Shown: one piece after another, positions 53,819 through 63,430 of the stretch
How positions within the stretch are numbered: the first letter of the stretch is position 1
Layout: every line of letters begins with the position of its first letter
Assembly: GCA_964541145.1 (NCBI GenBank)
Contig: CAZIOX010000006.1
Location: forward strand, 1,899-65,898
DNA: 64,000 nucleotides
From: an uncultured Candidatus Saccharibacteria bacterium
GTDB lineage: Bacteria; Patescibacteriota; Saccharimonadia; Saccharimonadales; UBA4665
Reading direction: 5' to 3'
Position numbers and translations under genes: made by a program
The notes under the pieces: model-generated
What the model saw: the letters and a program-made list of their open reading frames with translations, nothing else
What the model was told of the DNA's origin: nothing
The model's database searches: none

Positions 53819-54298
53819 TTAGCCCCTAGCAAAATGCGCGAACGCACGGTTCGCTTCGGCCATGCGGTGGGTGTCTTCACGCTTTTTCACTGCACTGCCC
53901 TGGTTGTTGTAGGCGTCCATGAGTTCTAGAGCGATGCGGTCAGCCATGCTCATGCCTTTACGGGCGCGGGCAGCAGCTACGAACCACATCGTAGTGAGGT
54001 GGTTTTGACGCTGACCCTTTACCTCAAATGGAATCTGGTAGTTGGCACCACCGACACGGCGAGAGCGAGTCTCGACATTGGGGCGGATGTTACTGAAAGC
54101 CTGCTCGAACACGTCGAGTGGGTTGTCTACCTTTAGTTTTTTGGCAGCAGTTTCCATGCCCGTGTAGACGAGGCGTTCGGCGACTTGCTTTTTACCATCG
54201 CGCATAACGCGGTTTATCAGCCGCTGCACGGGTACGCTGTTGTACACGCGGTCAGCGGGAATATCACGAACAAGTGAGGCGGTTACTTTCCTAGGCAT
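53819..54298 (-). CDS. rpsG: 30S ribosomal protein S7
   Basis: MPRKVTASLVRDIPADRVYNSVPVQRLINRVMRDGKK. Confidence 0.95.
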   Translation of the reverse strand: MPRKVTASLVRDIPADRVYNSVPVQRLINRVMRDGKKQVAERLVYTGMETAAKKLKVDNPLDVFEQAFSNIRPNVETRSRRVGGANYQIPFEVKGQRQNHLTTMWFVAAARARKGMSMADRIALELMDAYNNQGSAVKKREDTHRMAEANRAFAHFARG

Positions 54299-54465
54299 TA
54301 TTTTTTTCCTCCATTTTTCATTTGGGCAACAATTTTGTCTGACTCTGACACAATAGCCACACCGATAATCACCCCTAGAACACGTACCATGTCTGAGACA
54401 GCGAGCAGCGAAACGGCGACAACTATAGCAGCACCTAAGAATACAATAAGGTACTTAGCGTTCAT
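54298..54465 (-). CDS. Small 2-TM membrane protein B (55 aa) between rpsL and rpsG
   Basis: My hand translation is MNAKYLIVFLGAAIVVAVSLLAVSDMVRVLGVIIGVAIVSESDKIVAQMKNGGKK followed by a stop. AAGGAG lies 8 nt upstream of the ATG. The TAA overlaps the rpsG ATG, and the last codons carry the GGAGG SD for rpsG. Confidence 0.55.
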   Translation of the reverse strand: MNAKYLIVFLGAAIVVAVSLLAVSDMVRVLGVIIGVAIVSESDKIVAQMKNGGKK

Positions 54466-54628
54466 GCTTCTTCTCCTTCTGCGCATCAGTGATCCATGCG
54501 ATAGATAGCAGGACAATTATAAGAACGAGAGCGATCTGTAGCCAACGAAGCTTTTGTGCCGAAGTCACTATGAGCACCGTATTGAGTGCAAGAATGCTTA
54601 CGAGTCGCTGAATGTCTTTCGGGCTCAT
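54455..54628 (-). CDS. Small 2-TM membrane protein A (57 aa) between rpsL and rpsG
   Basis: My hand translation is [57 protein letters not shown] followed by a stop. The ATG overlaps the rpsL TAA (TAATG), and the SD AAGGAGAG lies within the last rpsL codons. Confidence 0.55.
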   Translation of the reverse strand: MSPKDIQRLVSILALNTVLIVTSAQKLRWLQIALVLIIVLLSIAWITDAQKEKKHER

Positions 54629-55041
54629 TATTTGCTCTCCTTCTTAGCGCCATATTTGCTGCGGCCTTGTTTGCGGTTTTGGACTCCTTGGAGATCGAGG
54701 GTGCCGCGGACGATGTGGTAGCGTACGCCCGGAAGATCCTTCACGCGACCGCCACGAATCATAACGACGGCGTGTTCTTGCAAGTTGTGGCCTTCGCCGC
54801 CAATATATGCCCAGACTTCGTAGCCATTGCCAAGACGCACGCGGGCAACCTTACGCAGAGCTGAGTTTGGTTTCTTTGGGGTTTTGGTAGTGACCTTCAC
54901 ACACACGCCACGCTTAAACGGTGCAGCTTTCTCGTAATGTTTTGTTTTTAAGTTGTTGGTGACGCGCATAAGCGCTGGTGACTTCGTTTTGTGAGTCACC
55001 TTGGTGCGCGGTTTGCGTACCAATTGGTTGATTGTAGGCAC
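54628..55041 (-). CDS. rpsL: 30S ribosomal protein S12
   Basis: GTG start. [12 protein letters not shown]...[15 protein letters not shown]. Confidence 0.95.
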   Translation of the reverse strand: MPTINQLVRKPRTKVTHKTKSPALMRVTNNLKTKHYEKAAPFKRGVCVKVTTKTPKKPNSALRKVARVRLGNGYEVWAYIGGEGHNLQEHAVVMIRGGRVKDLPGVRYHIVRGTLDLQGVQNRKQGRSKYGAKKESK

Positions 55042-55552
55042 TGAGCCCTTCCTTTCTGCGGATAAACATTGTATGGTACCGCCCTCTCGAACTTGTTCAA
55101 GGATCTATACGGTATACCCGACGGCTATGGGTGTATGCATACATGCTGAAATAAATTCAATATGATACCCCATACAGCTCTTGTTTTTTCCGATATTACA
55201 TTCGTGAAGAGAAATCTATATCAGGCAAACGTACGAAGCGCCTGAACAGAAACATCTCCTCTGCCGCCAATCTTTCCCGGCATATTGCCATGAAAGAAGC
55301 TCGAATTTGATATAACCTGCATATTGTACCAGTAAGTGCACCCCTACGCAAGGCATCCATTGGACATTTTACGTATTGTTAGTCTGCGAATCACCACGGA
55401 AATAAGCGTTTTTCTCACAAGATTTGAAAAAACTTGAGAGCCGCTCGAAAGAGAAGTCACTCACTCTGGTAAAAGGAGTGCCTCGCCCGCACTAGTGGAA
55501 TGTCGTGACGGGGTGAGTACTTGATCATCGTCGAAATACGTTCTTTGTCGTA

Positions 55553-55581
55553 CAGAAGCCCCGGACTGGCCGGGGCTTCTG
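55553..55581 (-). terminator. 12-bp GC-rich hairpin 50 nt after the rpoC stop
   Basis: cagaagccccgg, actgg, ccggggcttctg. No clear U-tract. Confidence 0.4.
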
Positions 55582-55631
55582 CGATTGTTTGTATGTTACC
55601 TGCCGGGGATGCTCAGACGAGCTCTTCCGGC

Positions 55632-58600
55632 TTAGTTTGAGCCGTCGCCCGAACCGTCAGAAATACCATCGGCAATGCTTTCGACATCCTGAGGTTCGTC
55701 ATCGTCGATGTCTGGCCGCATGTCGGCGACCATAACCGTTGGCTCCTCGACTTGCTGCCGAGCAACAAACTGTTCTCCCTCATAGCTGTCGTCACCTTCA
55801 TCGAGTGCGTTGGAAGCGCCGTACCCAGTACCAACTGGGATTTTGCGACCCAAAATGACATTTTCTTTGAGGCCGAAGAGCTTATCGATGCGACCACTAG
55901 TCGCAGCACCAATCAAAACACGAGTCGTGTCCTGGAAGCTTGCGGCACTCAAGAACGAGTCAGTTGACAAGCTTGCTTTGGTGATACCAAGTAGCAGCTG
56001 GTTGACCTTAGCAGGCTGTTGGGAGGCCGCAACAAGGGCTTCGTTCGCCTCGGCTACAGCGAGCTTGCTGACTACGTCACCCGTTACGAACTCGCTATCT
56101 CCCGCATCTTCCACCTGCACGCGACTGAACATCTGGCGAACGATAATCTCGAGGTGCTTGTCTGAGATATTTTGTCCCTGACCAGCAAAAATACCAAGAA
56201 TTTCGTTCATGATGTATCGCTGCGTTGCCTCAACACCCTGCAGGCGAACCAAATCGTGCAAGTTGATCGAACCGTTCGTCAAACGCTGACCAGCGACGAC
56301 GGTGTCACCATCCTGGATAAGCATTTGCTTGAACCCTGGTATTTCGTAGCGCACCAGGCTCTTGGCGGTCGGGGTAATGATGACTGACTTATCAGTAAAC
56401 TCAGCCTTACCTGCCATCGGTGAGATAACCGGTTCTGCCCCACCCTCGTGACTAGCCAGAACATCGCCAATCGCCACATCTGAGCCAGTTGCAATCGACG
56501 GCTGACGACCGGTGAGTTCAATCTCAACCTTTTCTTGGTCGTCGGCTGTCACCTGGACGATGTAATGATCGCCTTCCTCCCAGGTGTTAGCGACACCAGC
56601 GATGTCAGTCAGGTACGCCTGACCTTTTGGCTGGCGGGCTTCAAAGAGTTCTTCGATACGACTGAGCCCCTGGGCAGTATCGTCGGCGACCGCAGCACCA
56701 GACCGGTGCTTGGAGTCGAGCGACAGCTGCGTACCAGGCTCGCCGATGGACTGCGCCGCAATGACACCAATCGGGTTATGACTGGCTACCAAATGCCCTG
56801 TCGCTGGGTCAACCCCATAGCTCTTTTGCGGCACACCATGTACTGAAGTAGCGCTGAGAGCACTTCGGATCTTGACACCATCGAGTTTTTCGTCGGCGTC
56901 AACTGCCTCCGCAATGTCTTTCGTAAAGACTTCTCCGGCAGCAATATAACCCGCTACCTCTTCAGCAGCATAGCGGCCTTCGAGTCGAGATGCGTACGAC
57001 ACGCCGATAGCGGCAGCATCTTCGCGAAGCATCTTGAAACCTGGATCTGTTGCGTCGTCCGCATCATCATCAATGGTAAAGACGTCTTGCGAAACATCAA
57101 CGAGACGGCGCGTCAGGTAGCCTGCGTCAGCAGTCTTTAGGGCAATGTCAATGACCGCTTTTCGGGTACCGCGGGTACCAGTAAAGTACTCGAGTGGGTT
57201 CAGCCCGTGCATATAACCAGCCTTAACCGGTAGTTCAATGATATGCCCGGCAGCATCCTGGAACACACCCAGCATACCGACTGACATTTTCATCTGGGAA
57301 ATATTGCCGCGGGCGCCAGAAGTAATAGCGATGGCCATTGAACCGTCTTGCCCCTGCATTTGTTCGGAAAGCATGTTTTGGACGCGGGTATCTATTTTTG
57401 TCCAGTTTTCGACGGTCAAACGGTGTCGTTCGTCGTCGGTAATGAAGCCCTGGTCGTATTGATCGGAGATGTTAGCACTCTTCGTTTCACCCTCATCGAT
57501 AACCTTTTCGAGTCCATCGATTGGTACGAAGTCGCCCATGCCCATACTGAGTCCCGACATCGTAGCGTAGCGAAAACCGAGATCTTTGAGGTCATCGGCG
57601 ATTTGCGCGGTCTTTTCCTGGCCGTATTTCTGGTACACAGCTGCCATGACTTTTTGCAGTCGCTTTTTGGTCATTGGCTCATCATGGAACGTAAAATCTT
57701 CTGGGAAAATTTCGTTGAAGTAAATTCGACCAAGGGTGGTGTCACGGATTTCGCCCCTAAACTGCACTTTTACACGGTCCTGTAGGTTGATGACATTGGC
57801 ATCAAACGCCATCGAAGCTTCATCAAGGCTTGAAAAGGCTCGTGGAGTTTGGGCTGCATTTGGGCGCTCGTATGTCAGATAGTAGCAGCCGAGAACTATG
57901 TCTTGTTCGATGTGCAGAATAGGCGAGCCATCGGCTGGCTTGAGCAAATTACGGCTGGCCGACATAATATCGCGGGCCTCTGCTTGAGCAGCATCGCTCA
58001 GTGGCAAATGTACCGCCATCTGGTCGCCGTCAAAGTCAGCATTGAAACCTTTACATACCAAGGGGTGTAGCTGAATAGCGCGCCCTTCGATAAGTACCGG
58101 CTGAAATGCCTGAATACTGAGTCGGTGCAGCGAAGGAGCACGGTTCAAAAGCACATATTTGCCTTTGATGACATCGTCAAGGGCGTCCCACACTTCGGTT
58201 TCACCCGTTTCAATCATGCGGGTAGCGCTCCGAATATTGTGGGCTTGTTCACGGAAAATAAGCTCACCGATGACAAATGGTTTGAACAGTTCCAGCGCCA
58301 TCATCTTCGGCAGACCACATTGGTTTATCGTCAGCTCTGGCCCCGCAACGATGACAGAACGTCCAGAGTAATCGACACGCTTGCCGAGCAAGTTTTGGCG
58401 GAATCGACCCTGCTTACCTTTGAGCATGTCGCTCAGGCTCTTGAGCCGACGGCGCTGGCCGGTTGCGGCGACCGCACGTCCACTACGGGCATTGTTGTTG
58501 TCGATCAGCGCATCGACCGCTTCTTGTAGCATTCTCTGCTCATTTCGTCTAATGACCTCTGGGGCATTTAACTCCATCAATTTTTTCAGACGGTTGTTGC

Positions 58601-59591
58601 GGTTGATGACGCGGCGATACAGGTCGTTGAGGTCGCTAGTGGCAAATCGACCGCCAGTGAGCTGCACCATTGGACGGAGGTCCGGGGGAATGACCGGCAG
58701 AACGCTGAGGCACATGCTTTCAGGCTTTATGCCAGCTCGCTCCATACTTTCGAGGAGGCGCAAACGCTTCATGAGCTTCTTCTTGCGCTGTCCCTTTGCC
58801 TCTTCGGCCTCGGTAGTCAGGTTGGCAATAAGTTCGGCAAGATCGATCTCCTGCAGCAGGTCGCGTAGTGCGGCGCCACCCATGCCGACGGTAATCATAG
58901 CGCGCAGTTCGCTCGGCAAGTTGCGGTAATCGGTCTCGTTCATGAGGCTCAGTTTGACCAGACTATCGAGTTGAGTTTTGAGCAGTTCCCAGTCAGTATC
59001 GAGCGCTTCGAGTTCTTTCGTCTGAGCTTCCGCCAAAGCCTTGACATCGGCACCTTCGGCCGCTGCCTCTGTTTCGTACCGAAGTTTAATGGCCTGCTGT
59101 GCGGCTTGCCACTCAGCTTCTTTGTCCGCCCTGTATTGATCTCGGAGGGCTTCGTTGACACTCTTGACGATGTAGCTTGCAAAATACGCCACACGTTCGA
59201 GGTTTTTCACCGTCATACCGAGCAGTAGCCCTACAGCACTCGGGGTGCCACGCAGGAACCAAATGTGGGCAACAGGAACAGCCAAGTTGATGTGACCCAT
59301 GCGTTCACGTCGGACAATGCTGCGCGTTACCAGCTCACCGTTTTTGTCGACAGCGGCTTCGCGAGAACGAACACCTTTGTATTTGGCATCGTGTGGGTTG
59401 ATGTCTTTAACTGGTCCAAAGATGCGTTCGCAGAACAAGCCGTCCCGCTCTGGTTTTTGCGTACGGTAGTTAATGGTTTCTGGCTTGAGAACCTCACCGT
59501 AGCTCCAGTCTTCGATGTCGCGACTACTTGCGACGGCCAAGCGTACTGCATCAAAATCGGCAATATTTGTTCCGTAAGAATAGCGACGCAT
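55632..59591 (-). CDS. rpoC: DNA-directed RNA polymerase beta' subunit
   Basis: 1319 aa, with NADFDGDQMAVHLPLS. The start abuts the rpoB stop. Confidence 0.98.
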   Translation of the reverse strand: MRRYSYGTNIADFDAVRLAVASSRDIEDWSYGEVLKPETINYRTQKPERDGLFCERIFGPVKDINPHDAKYKGVRSREAAVDKNGELVTRSIVRRERMGHINLAVPVAHIWFLRGTPSAVGLLLGMTVKNLERVAYFASYIVKSVNEALRDQYRADKEAEWQAAQQAIKLRYETEAAAEGADVKALAEAQTKELEALDTDWELLKTQLDSLVKLSLMNETDYRNLPSELRAMITVGMGGAALRDLLQEIDLAELIANLTTEAEEAKGQRKKKLMKRLRLLESMERAGIKPESMCLSVLPVIPPDLRPMVQLTGGRFATSDLNDLYRRVINRNNRLKKLMELNAPEVIRRNEQRMLQEAVDALIDNNNARSGRAVAATGQRRRLKSLSDMLKGKQGRFRQNLLGKRVDYSGRSVIVAGPELTINQCGLPKMMALELFKPFVIGELIFREQAHNIRSATRMIETGETEVWDALDDVIKGKYVLLNRAPSLHRLSIQAFQPVLIEGRAIQLHPLVCKGFNADFDGDQMAVHLPLSDAAQAEARDIMSASRNLLKPADGSPILHIEQDIVLGCYYLTYERPNAAQTPRAFSSLDEASMAFDANVINLQDRVKVQFRGEIRDTTLGRIYFNEIFPEDFTFHDEPMTKKRLQKVMAAVYQKYGQEKTAQIADDLKDLGFRYATMSGLSMGMGDFVPIDGLEKVIDEGETKSANISDQYDQGFITDDERHRLTVENWTKIDTRVQNMLSEQMQGQDGSMAIAITSGARGNISQMKMSVGMLGVFQDAAGHIIELPVKAGYMHGLNPLEYFTGTRGTRKAVIDIALKTADAGYLTRRLVDVSQDVFTIDDDADDATDPGFKMLREDAAAIGVSYASRLEGRYAAEEVAGYIAAGEVFTKDIAEAVDADEKLDGVKIRSALSATSVHGVPQKSYGVDPATGHLVASHNPIGVIAAQSIGEPGTQLSLDSKHRSGAAVADDTAQGLSRIEELFEARQPKGQAYLTDIAGVANTWEEGDHYIVQVTADDQEKVEIELTGRQPSIATGSDVAIGDVLASHEGGAEPVISPMAGKAEFTDKSVIITPTAKSLVRYEIPGFKQMLIQDGDTVVAGQRLTNGSINLHDLVRLQGVEATQRYIMNEILGIFAGQGQNISDKHLEIIVRQMFSRVQVEDAGDSEFVTGDVVSKLAVAEANEALVAASQQPAKVNQLLLGITKASLSTDSFLSAASFQDTTRVLIGAATSGRIDKLFGLKENVILGRKIPVGTGYGASNALDEGDDSYEGEQFVARQQVEEPTVMVADMRPDIDDDEPQDVESIADGISDGSGDGSN

Positions 59592-62500
59592 TTAGGCCTC
59601 CTTCCCTTCTTCTGTGTCTGTTGTATCATCGTCGTTTCCATCGGTGGTTGCTGCAACAAATGACGGCTCATCACTGAAATCGCTTGCTACATCACCTTCT
59701 TCAAACTCAAACCCTTCGCTAGCTGCTTCTTCGTCGCTGACATCGATATCAGAAATAGCCGATGTTGGAACCTCGAGTGTTGCAGGGTGGGTTGCTTCTT
59801 CGTGAATGTTGGTCGAAAGAATCGCCTCGGCATCAACCACGTGGTCGCTCGCCACGAGATCAACCTTGAGTCCAAGTCCTTGTAGCTCTTTTACTAAGAC
59901 GTTGAAGCTTTCTGGCACTTTTGGTCCGACGATCTCGGTCTTCTTGATGATACTTTCGTATGCTTTTGATCGACCGTAAACATCGTCTGATTTGATTGTC
60001 AACATTTCCTGCAAAGTATTCGCAGCACCGTAGGCTTCGAGCGCCCAGACTTCCATTTCACCGAAGCGTTGACCACCGTTTTGAGCTTTACCGCCCAATG
60101 GTTGCTGCGTCACCATGGTGTATGGACCAGTTGAACGGGCGTGGATTTTGTCGGCCACCATGTGGTTGAGCTTGATCATGTACATGCTACCGACAGTGGT
60201 GCGCTCTTTGTAGGCACCTCCCGTACGACCGTCGTAGAGCTGCTGTTTGCCGTCTTCGGGGAAGCCAGCCTCTTTCAGGAGTTCTTTGATCTTTGCCATA
60301 GGTACGCCATTGAAACTTGGGCTTGCCACTTTCATGCCAAGCGCTCGAGCAGCCATGCCTAAATGGGTTTCAAAAAGCTGTCCAATGTTCATACGACTTG
60401 GCACGCCGAGCGGGTTCAAAATGATGTCGACTGGAGTGCCATCCTCAGTAAAGGGCATGTCCTCCACAGGCAAAATCCGCGCAATCACACCTTTGTTACC
60501 GTGCCGACCACCCAGCTTGTCGCCCACGCTAATTTTGCGCATTTGAGCGACGAACACCTGGATCTGCATAAGAACACCTGCTTTGAGCTCATGACCGTTT
60601 TCGCGTGAGAAAATCTTCACACCGACCACTTTACCGTGCTTGCCATTGCTCATGCGCTGTGAGGTATCCCGAACTTCTTTGGCTTTTTCACCAAAAATTG
60701 CGCGTAGGAGACGTTCTTCACTGCTAAGCTCTTGTTCGCCTTTTGGCGTGATTTTACCAACCAGGATATCACCAGGGTGTACCTCGGCTCCAATCCGGAC
60801 GATTCCTTCGTCATCGAGATGCCGCAGTGCGTCTTCGGATACGTTCGGGATGTCACGCGTAACGATCTCTGGACCAAGTTTGGTTTCTCGCACCTCAATC
60901 ATGTAGTCGACGATATGCACCGATGTCAGCGTGTCGTCTTCGACCAACTTACGGCTGATGATGATTGCATCTTCAAAGTTGTATCCAGCCCATGGCATAA
61001 ATGCTACGAGCAAATCTTTGCCCAGCGCGAGCTCGCCGCCCTCTACACTCATACCTTCGATCAAGGGATCGCCCGCTTTCACTGCGTCGCCTGTATTCAC
61101 AACAACAAACTGATTTATACTGGTTCCTTCGTTGCTACGGACAAAATGCTGCGGTTCATAGGTGACCGTGCCGTCTTTGTACTTCACTACGACTTGGTCG
61201 GCATCGGCTTTGGTAACCTGACCATCTTGATCAGCTAGCACAAGCTGACCGGTGTTACGAGCAGCAGCTGCCTCCACCCCAGTTCCGACAATGGGACTCT
61301 GGGGACGAATAAGCGGCACAGCCTGCCGTTGCTGGTTACTACCCATCAGCGCACGGTACACGTAGTTTTTCTCGATAAACGGAATTAGCCCAGCGCTAGA
61401 ACCTATAATCTGATTCTTAGCCGCGTCGATGTGTGTCACATCCTCTCTGTCGACAGTGGCGGACTTCAAGCCGGCCCGTGCACTAACGCGTTCCTGAGCG
61501 ATCTTTCCGTTCTTATCAAGCTCGACACCGGCGCCCGCAATCACCGACTGTTCTTCGGCAGCCGCATCGAGGTATACAATCTCTTCGGTGACTTTGCTGT
61601 TCACTACCTTGCGGTAGGGTGTTTCGATAAATCCATAATCGTTAATACGCGCAAAGTTCGCGAGGTTCAAAACCAAGCCAACGTTTGCCCCCTCAGGAGT
61701 TTCAACAGCGCAAATGCGGCCGTAATGTGTTGCGTGCGCGTCGCGAACTTCAAACCCAGCTCGTTCTCGGCTCAAACCGCCTGGCCCCATTGAGCTAAGA
61801 CGACGCTTATGAGCGAGTTCGGAAAGCGGATTGATCTGATCCATAAACTGCGAAAGCTGCGAACTCGCGAAAAACTCGCGTACTGCTGCCACCACTGGAC
61901 GAGCATTGATAAGCTGACCGGGTTGTACCGTCTCGATTTCGCTCATACTCATGCGGTCTTGAGTGTTACGAACCATGCGCAGCAGGCCAATCCGGAACTG
62001 ACGCTGCACAAGCTCACCCACCATCTTTATACGTCGGTTGCTGAGGGAGTCGATGTCATCGCCCGGCTCCTGCGTAACATTCATGCGAATAAGTTCAGCG
62101 ATGATCGCGACCAGATCCTCGAGCCGCATAATTCGGTTTTCGGCCGTGTTTGCAACATCCAGACCCAAGCGCTGGTTGATCTTGTAACGTCCGACTCGAG
62201 AGAAATCAAACCGCTTGAAGTTGTAGAACATATTTTCAAGCAGGGTGCGCGCGTTGTCCACAGTAGCCAGGTCGCCAGGTCGCAGGCGTCGGTACACTTC
62301 GATCAGGGCTTCAGCGTGCCCCTTGCTAGGATCTTTGTCGAGCGTTGCTTCCAGGAAACTACCCTTTGACTGGTCAACATGTTTGAAGGCTTCTTTCATG
62401 CTGGCTTCGGTCATACCAAGGGCGCGTAGCAGTGTCGTAACGGGGATTTTGCGCTTCCGGTCAATCTTGACATACATCGCACTATTTGCGGCAGTCTCAA

Positions 62501-63011
62501 ACTCGAGCCAGGCGCCACGTCCAGGTATGACTTTTGCGCTGTAGAGGTTGCGCGTGCCATGAAGTTCAGCAGTATAAAATACGCCAGCCGAGCGAATCAA
62601 CTGGCTTACGACAACACGTTCTGCGCCATTGATGATGAACGTGCCGCGCTTGGTCATCCAGGGGTAATCACCCAAGTAAATCTCGTGTTCTTTTACTTCG
62701 CCGGTGACTTTATTTGTTAGCTCAACAGTTGCCTTGAGTGGCGCTTCATAACTCACATTGTTTTCTCGAGCTTCCCCCTCGGTCATTTTGGGATCTTCAA
62801 AATGATACTGTTTAAACGTTAAGCTCAGCTTTGTGCCAGTGTAGTCATCTACTGGACTTATCTCCGCCAAAAGCTCACCTAGGCCTTCATCTATCAGCCA
62901 TTGAAACGACTTGTTTTGGTGGTCTACAAGATTTGGCAAGTCAAGACCTGAGTCCTGGTTGTCAGTAAAGTAGACACGAGTTGTCTTGCTCGAACCTGTC
63001 GATTTTGCCAT
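59592..63011 (-). CDS. rpoB: DNA-directed RNA polymerase beta subunit
   Basis: I prefer the start at ATG 63011 (MAKSTGSSK), with AAGGAG 11 nt upstream. The GTG at 63023 sits too close to the SD. The acidic C-terminal tail is DDDTTDTEEGKEA. Confidence 0.97.
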   Translation of the reverse strand: MAKSTGSSKTTRVYFTDNQDSGLDLPNLVDHQNKSFQWLIDEGLGELLAEISPVDDYTGTKLSLTFKQYHFEDPKMTEGEARENNVSYEAPLKATVELTNKVTGEVKEHEIYLGDYPWMTKRGTFIINGAERVVVSQLIRSAGVFYTAELHGTRNLYSAKVIPGRGAWLEFETAANSAMYVKIDRKRKIPVTTLLRALGMTEASMKEAFKHVDQSKGSFLEATLDKDPSKGHAEALIEVYRRLRPGDLATVDNARTLLENMFYNFKRFDFSRVGRYKINQRLGLDVANTAENRIMRLEDLVAIIAELIRMNVTQEPGDDIDSLSNRRIKMVGELVQRQFRIGLLRMVRNTQDRMSMSEIETVQPGQLINARPVVAAVREFFASSQLSQFMDQINPLSELAHKRRLSSMGPGGLSRERAGFEVRDAHATHYGRICAVETPEGANVGLVLNLANFARINDYGFIETPYRKVVNSKVTEEIVYLDAAAEEQSVIAGAGVELDKNGKIAQERVSARAGLKSATVDREDVTHIDAAKNQIIGSSAGLIPFIEKNYVYRALMGSNQQRQAVPLIRPQSPIVGTGVEAAAARNTGQLVLADQDGQVTKADADQVVVKYKDGTVTYEPQHFVRSNEGTSINQFVVVNTGDAVKAGDPLIEGMSVEGGELALGKDLLVAFMPWAGYNFEDAIIISRKLVEDDTLTSVHIVDYMIEVRETKLGPEIVTRDIPNVSEDALRHLDDEGIVRIGAEVHPGDILVGKITPKGEQELSSEERLLRAIFGEKAKEVRDTSQRMSNGKHGKVVGVKIFSRENGHELKAGVLMQIQVFVAQMRKISVGDKLGGRHGNKGVIARILPVEDMPFTEDGTPVDIILNPLGVPSRMNIGQLFETHLGMAARALGMKVASPSFNGVPMAKIKELLKEAGFPEDGKQQLYDGRTGGAYKERTTVGSMYMIKLNHMVADKIHARSTGPYTMVTQQPLGGKAQNGGQRFGEMEVWALEAYGAANTLQEMLTIKSDDVYGRSKAYESIIKKTEIVGPKVPESFNVLVKELQGLGLKVDLVASDHVVDAEAILSTNIHEEATHPATLEVPTSAISDIDVSDEEAASEGFEFEEGDVASDFSDEPSFVAATTDGNDDDTTDTEEGKEA

Positions 63012-63310
63012 ACGCGCGTGCACTCCTTCGAGAGTTATAATTTATACTAGTTTATCCACATCAAGCATGAACGTTGCCGATCTCAGAGGAGATATGGTAC
63101 GCATGATCGATGTTAGTTTTGCTCGAAGATACCTAAGTGGGAGATTTTGGTGCTGATACCCCTCGGTGAGGGTAAACACTGCTTTGGCGCCACAGCAGCA
63201 CAGCCCAACTTACACTACTTCTTACATATAGCATACAGAGTCAAGCAAAGTGAGTCAAGGATTTCGGTGATATACATCACAGCTTTTCCAATACACCCCG
63301 CTTCTGCCGC

Positions 63311-63410
63311 CACCTATCAGCCAACCTATCGTACCTATACCTATCGGGTACGACCCGATAGGTTAGGCTGGGTTATAGACCTATTGGGTACGACCCGATA
63401 GGTGGCTGGG
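63311..63410. repeat. Array of ACCTATC motifs plus two 40-nt-spaced stem-loops between clpP and rpoB
   Basis: acctatc or acctata occurs at 63311, 63323, 63332 and 63338. The hairpins are ctatcggg tacga cccgatag (63341-63361) and ctattggg tacga cccgatag (63381-63401), each followed by gt..gctggg. Confidence 0.85.
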
Positions 63411-63430
63411 TATCAGGTTCTCTCACAGGA

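Noticed and set aside
55613-63023. Dozens of 60-190-aa ORFs on both strands inside rpoB, rpoC, fusA, tuf, secY, the GH genes and the large cluster genes
   Set aside because: They are fully nested in long genes that have strong family signatures, and they have no independent start signals or motifs. This is typical shadow-ORF noise at about 50% GC.
63052-63060. Perfect DnaA-box 9-mer TTATCCACA as a sign of oriC
   Set aside because: It is a single copy lying in the -35/-10 spacer of a plausible rpoB promoter (TTGATG...TATAAA on the minus strand). There is no cluster of boxes and no dnaA or dnaN nearby.
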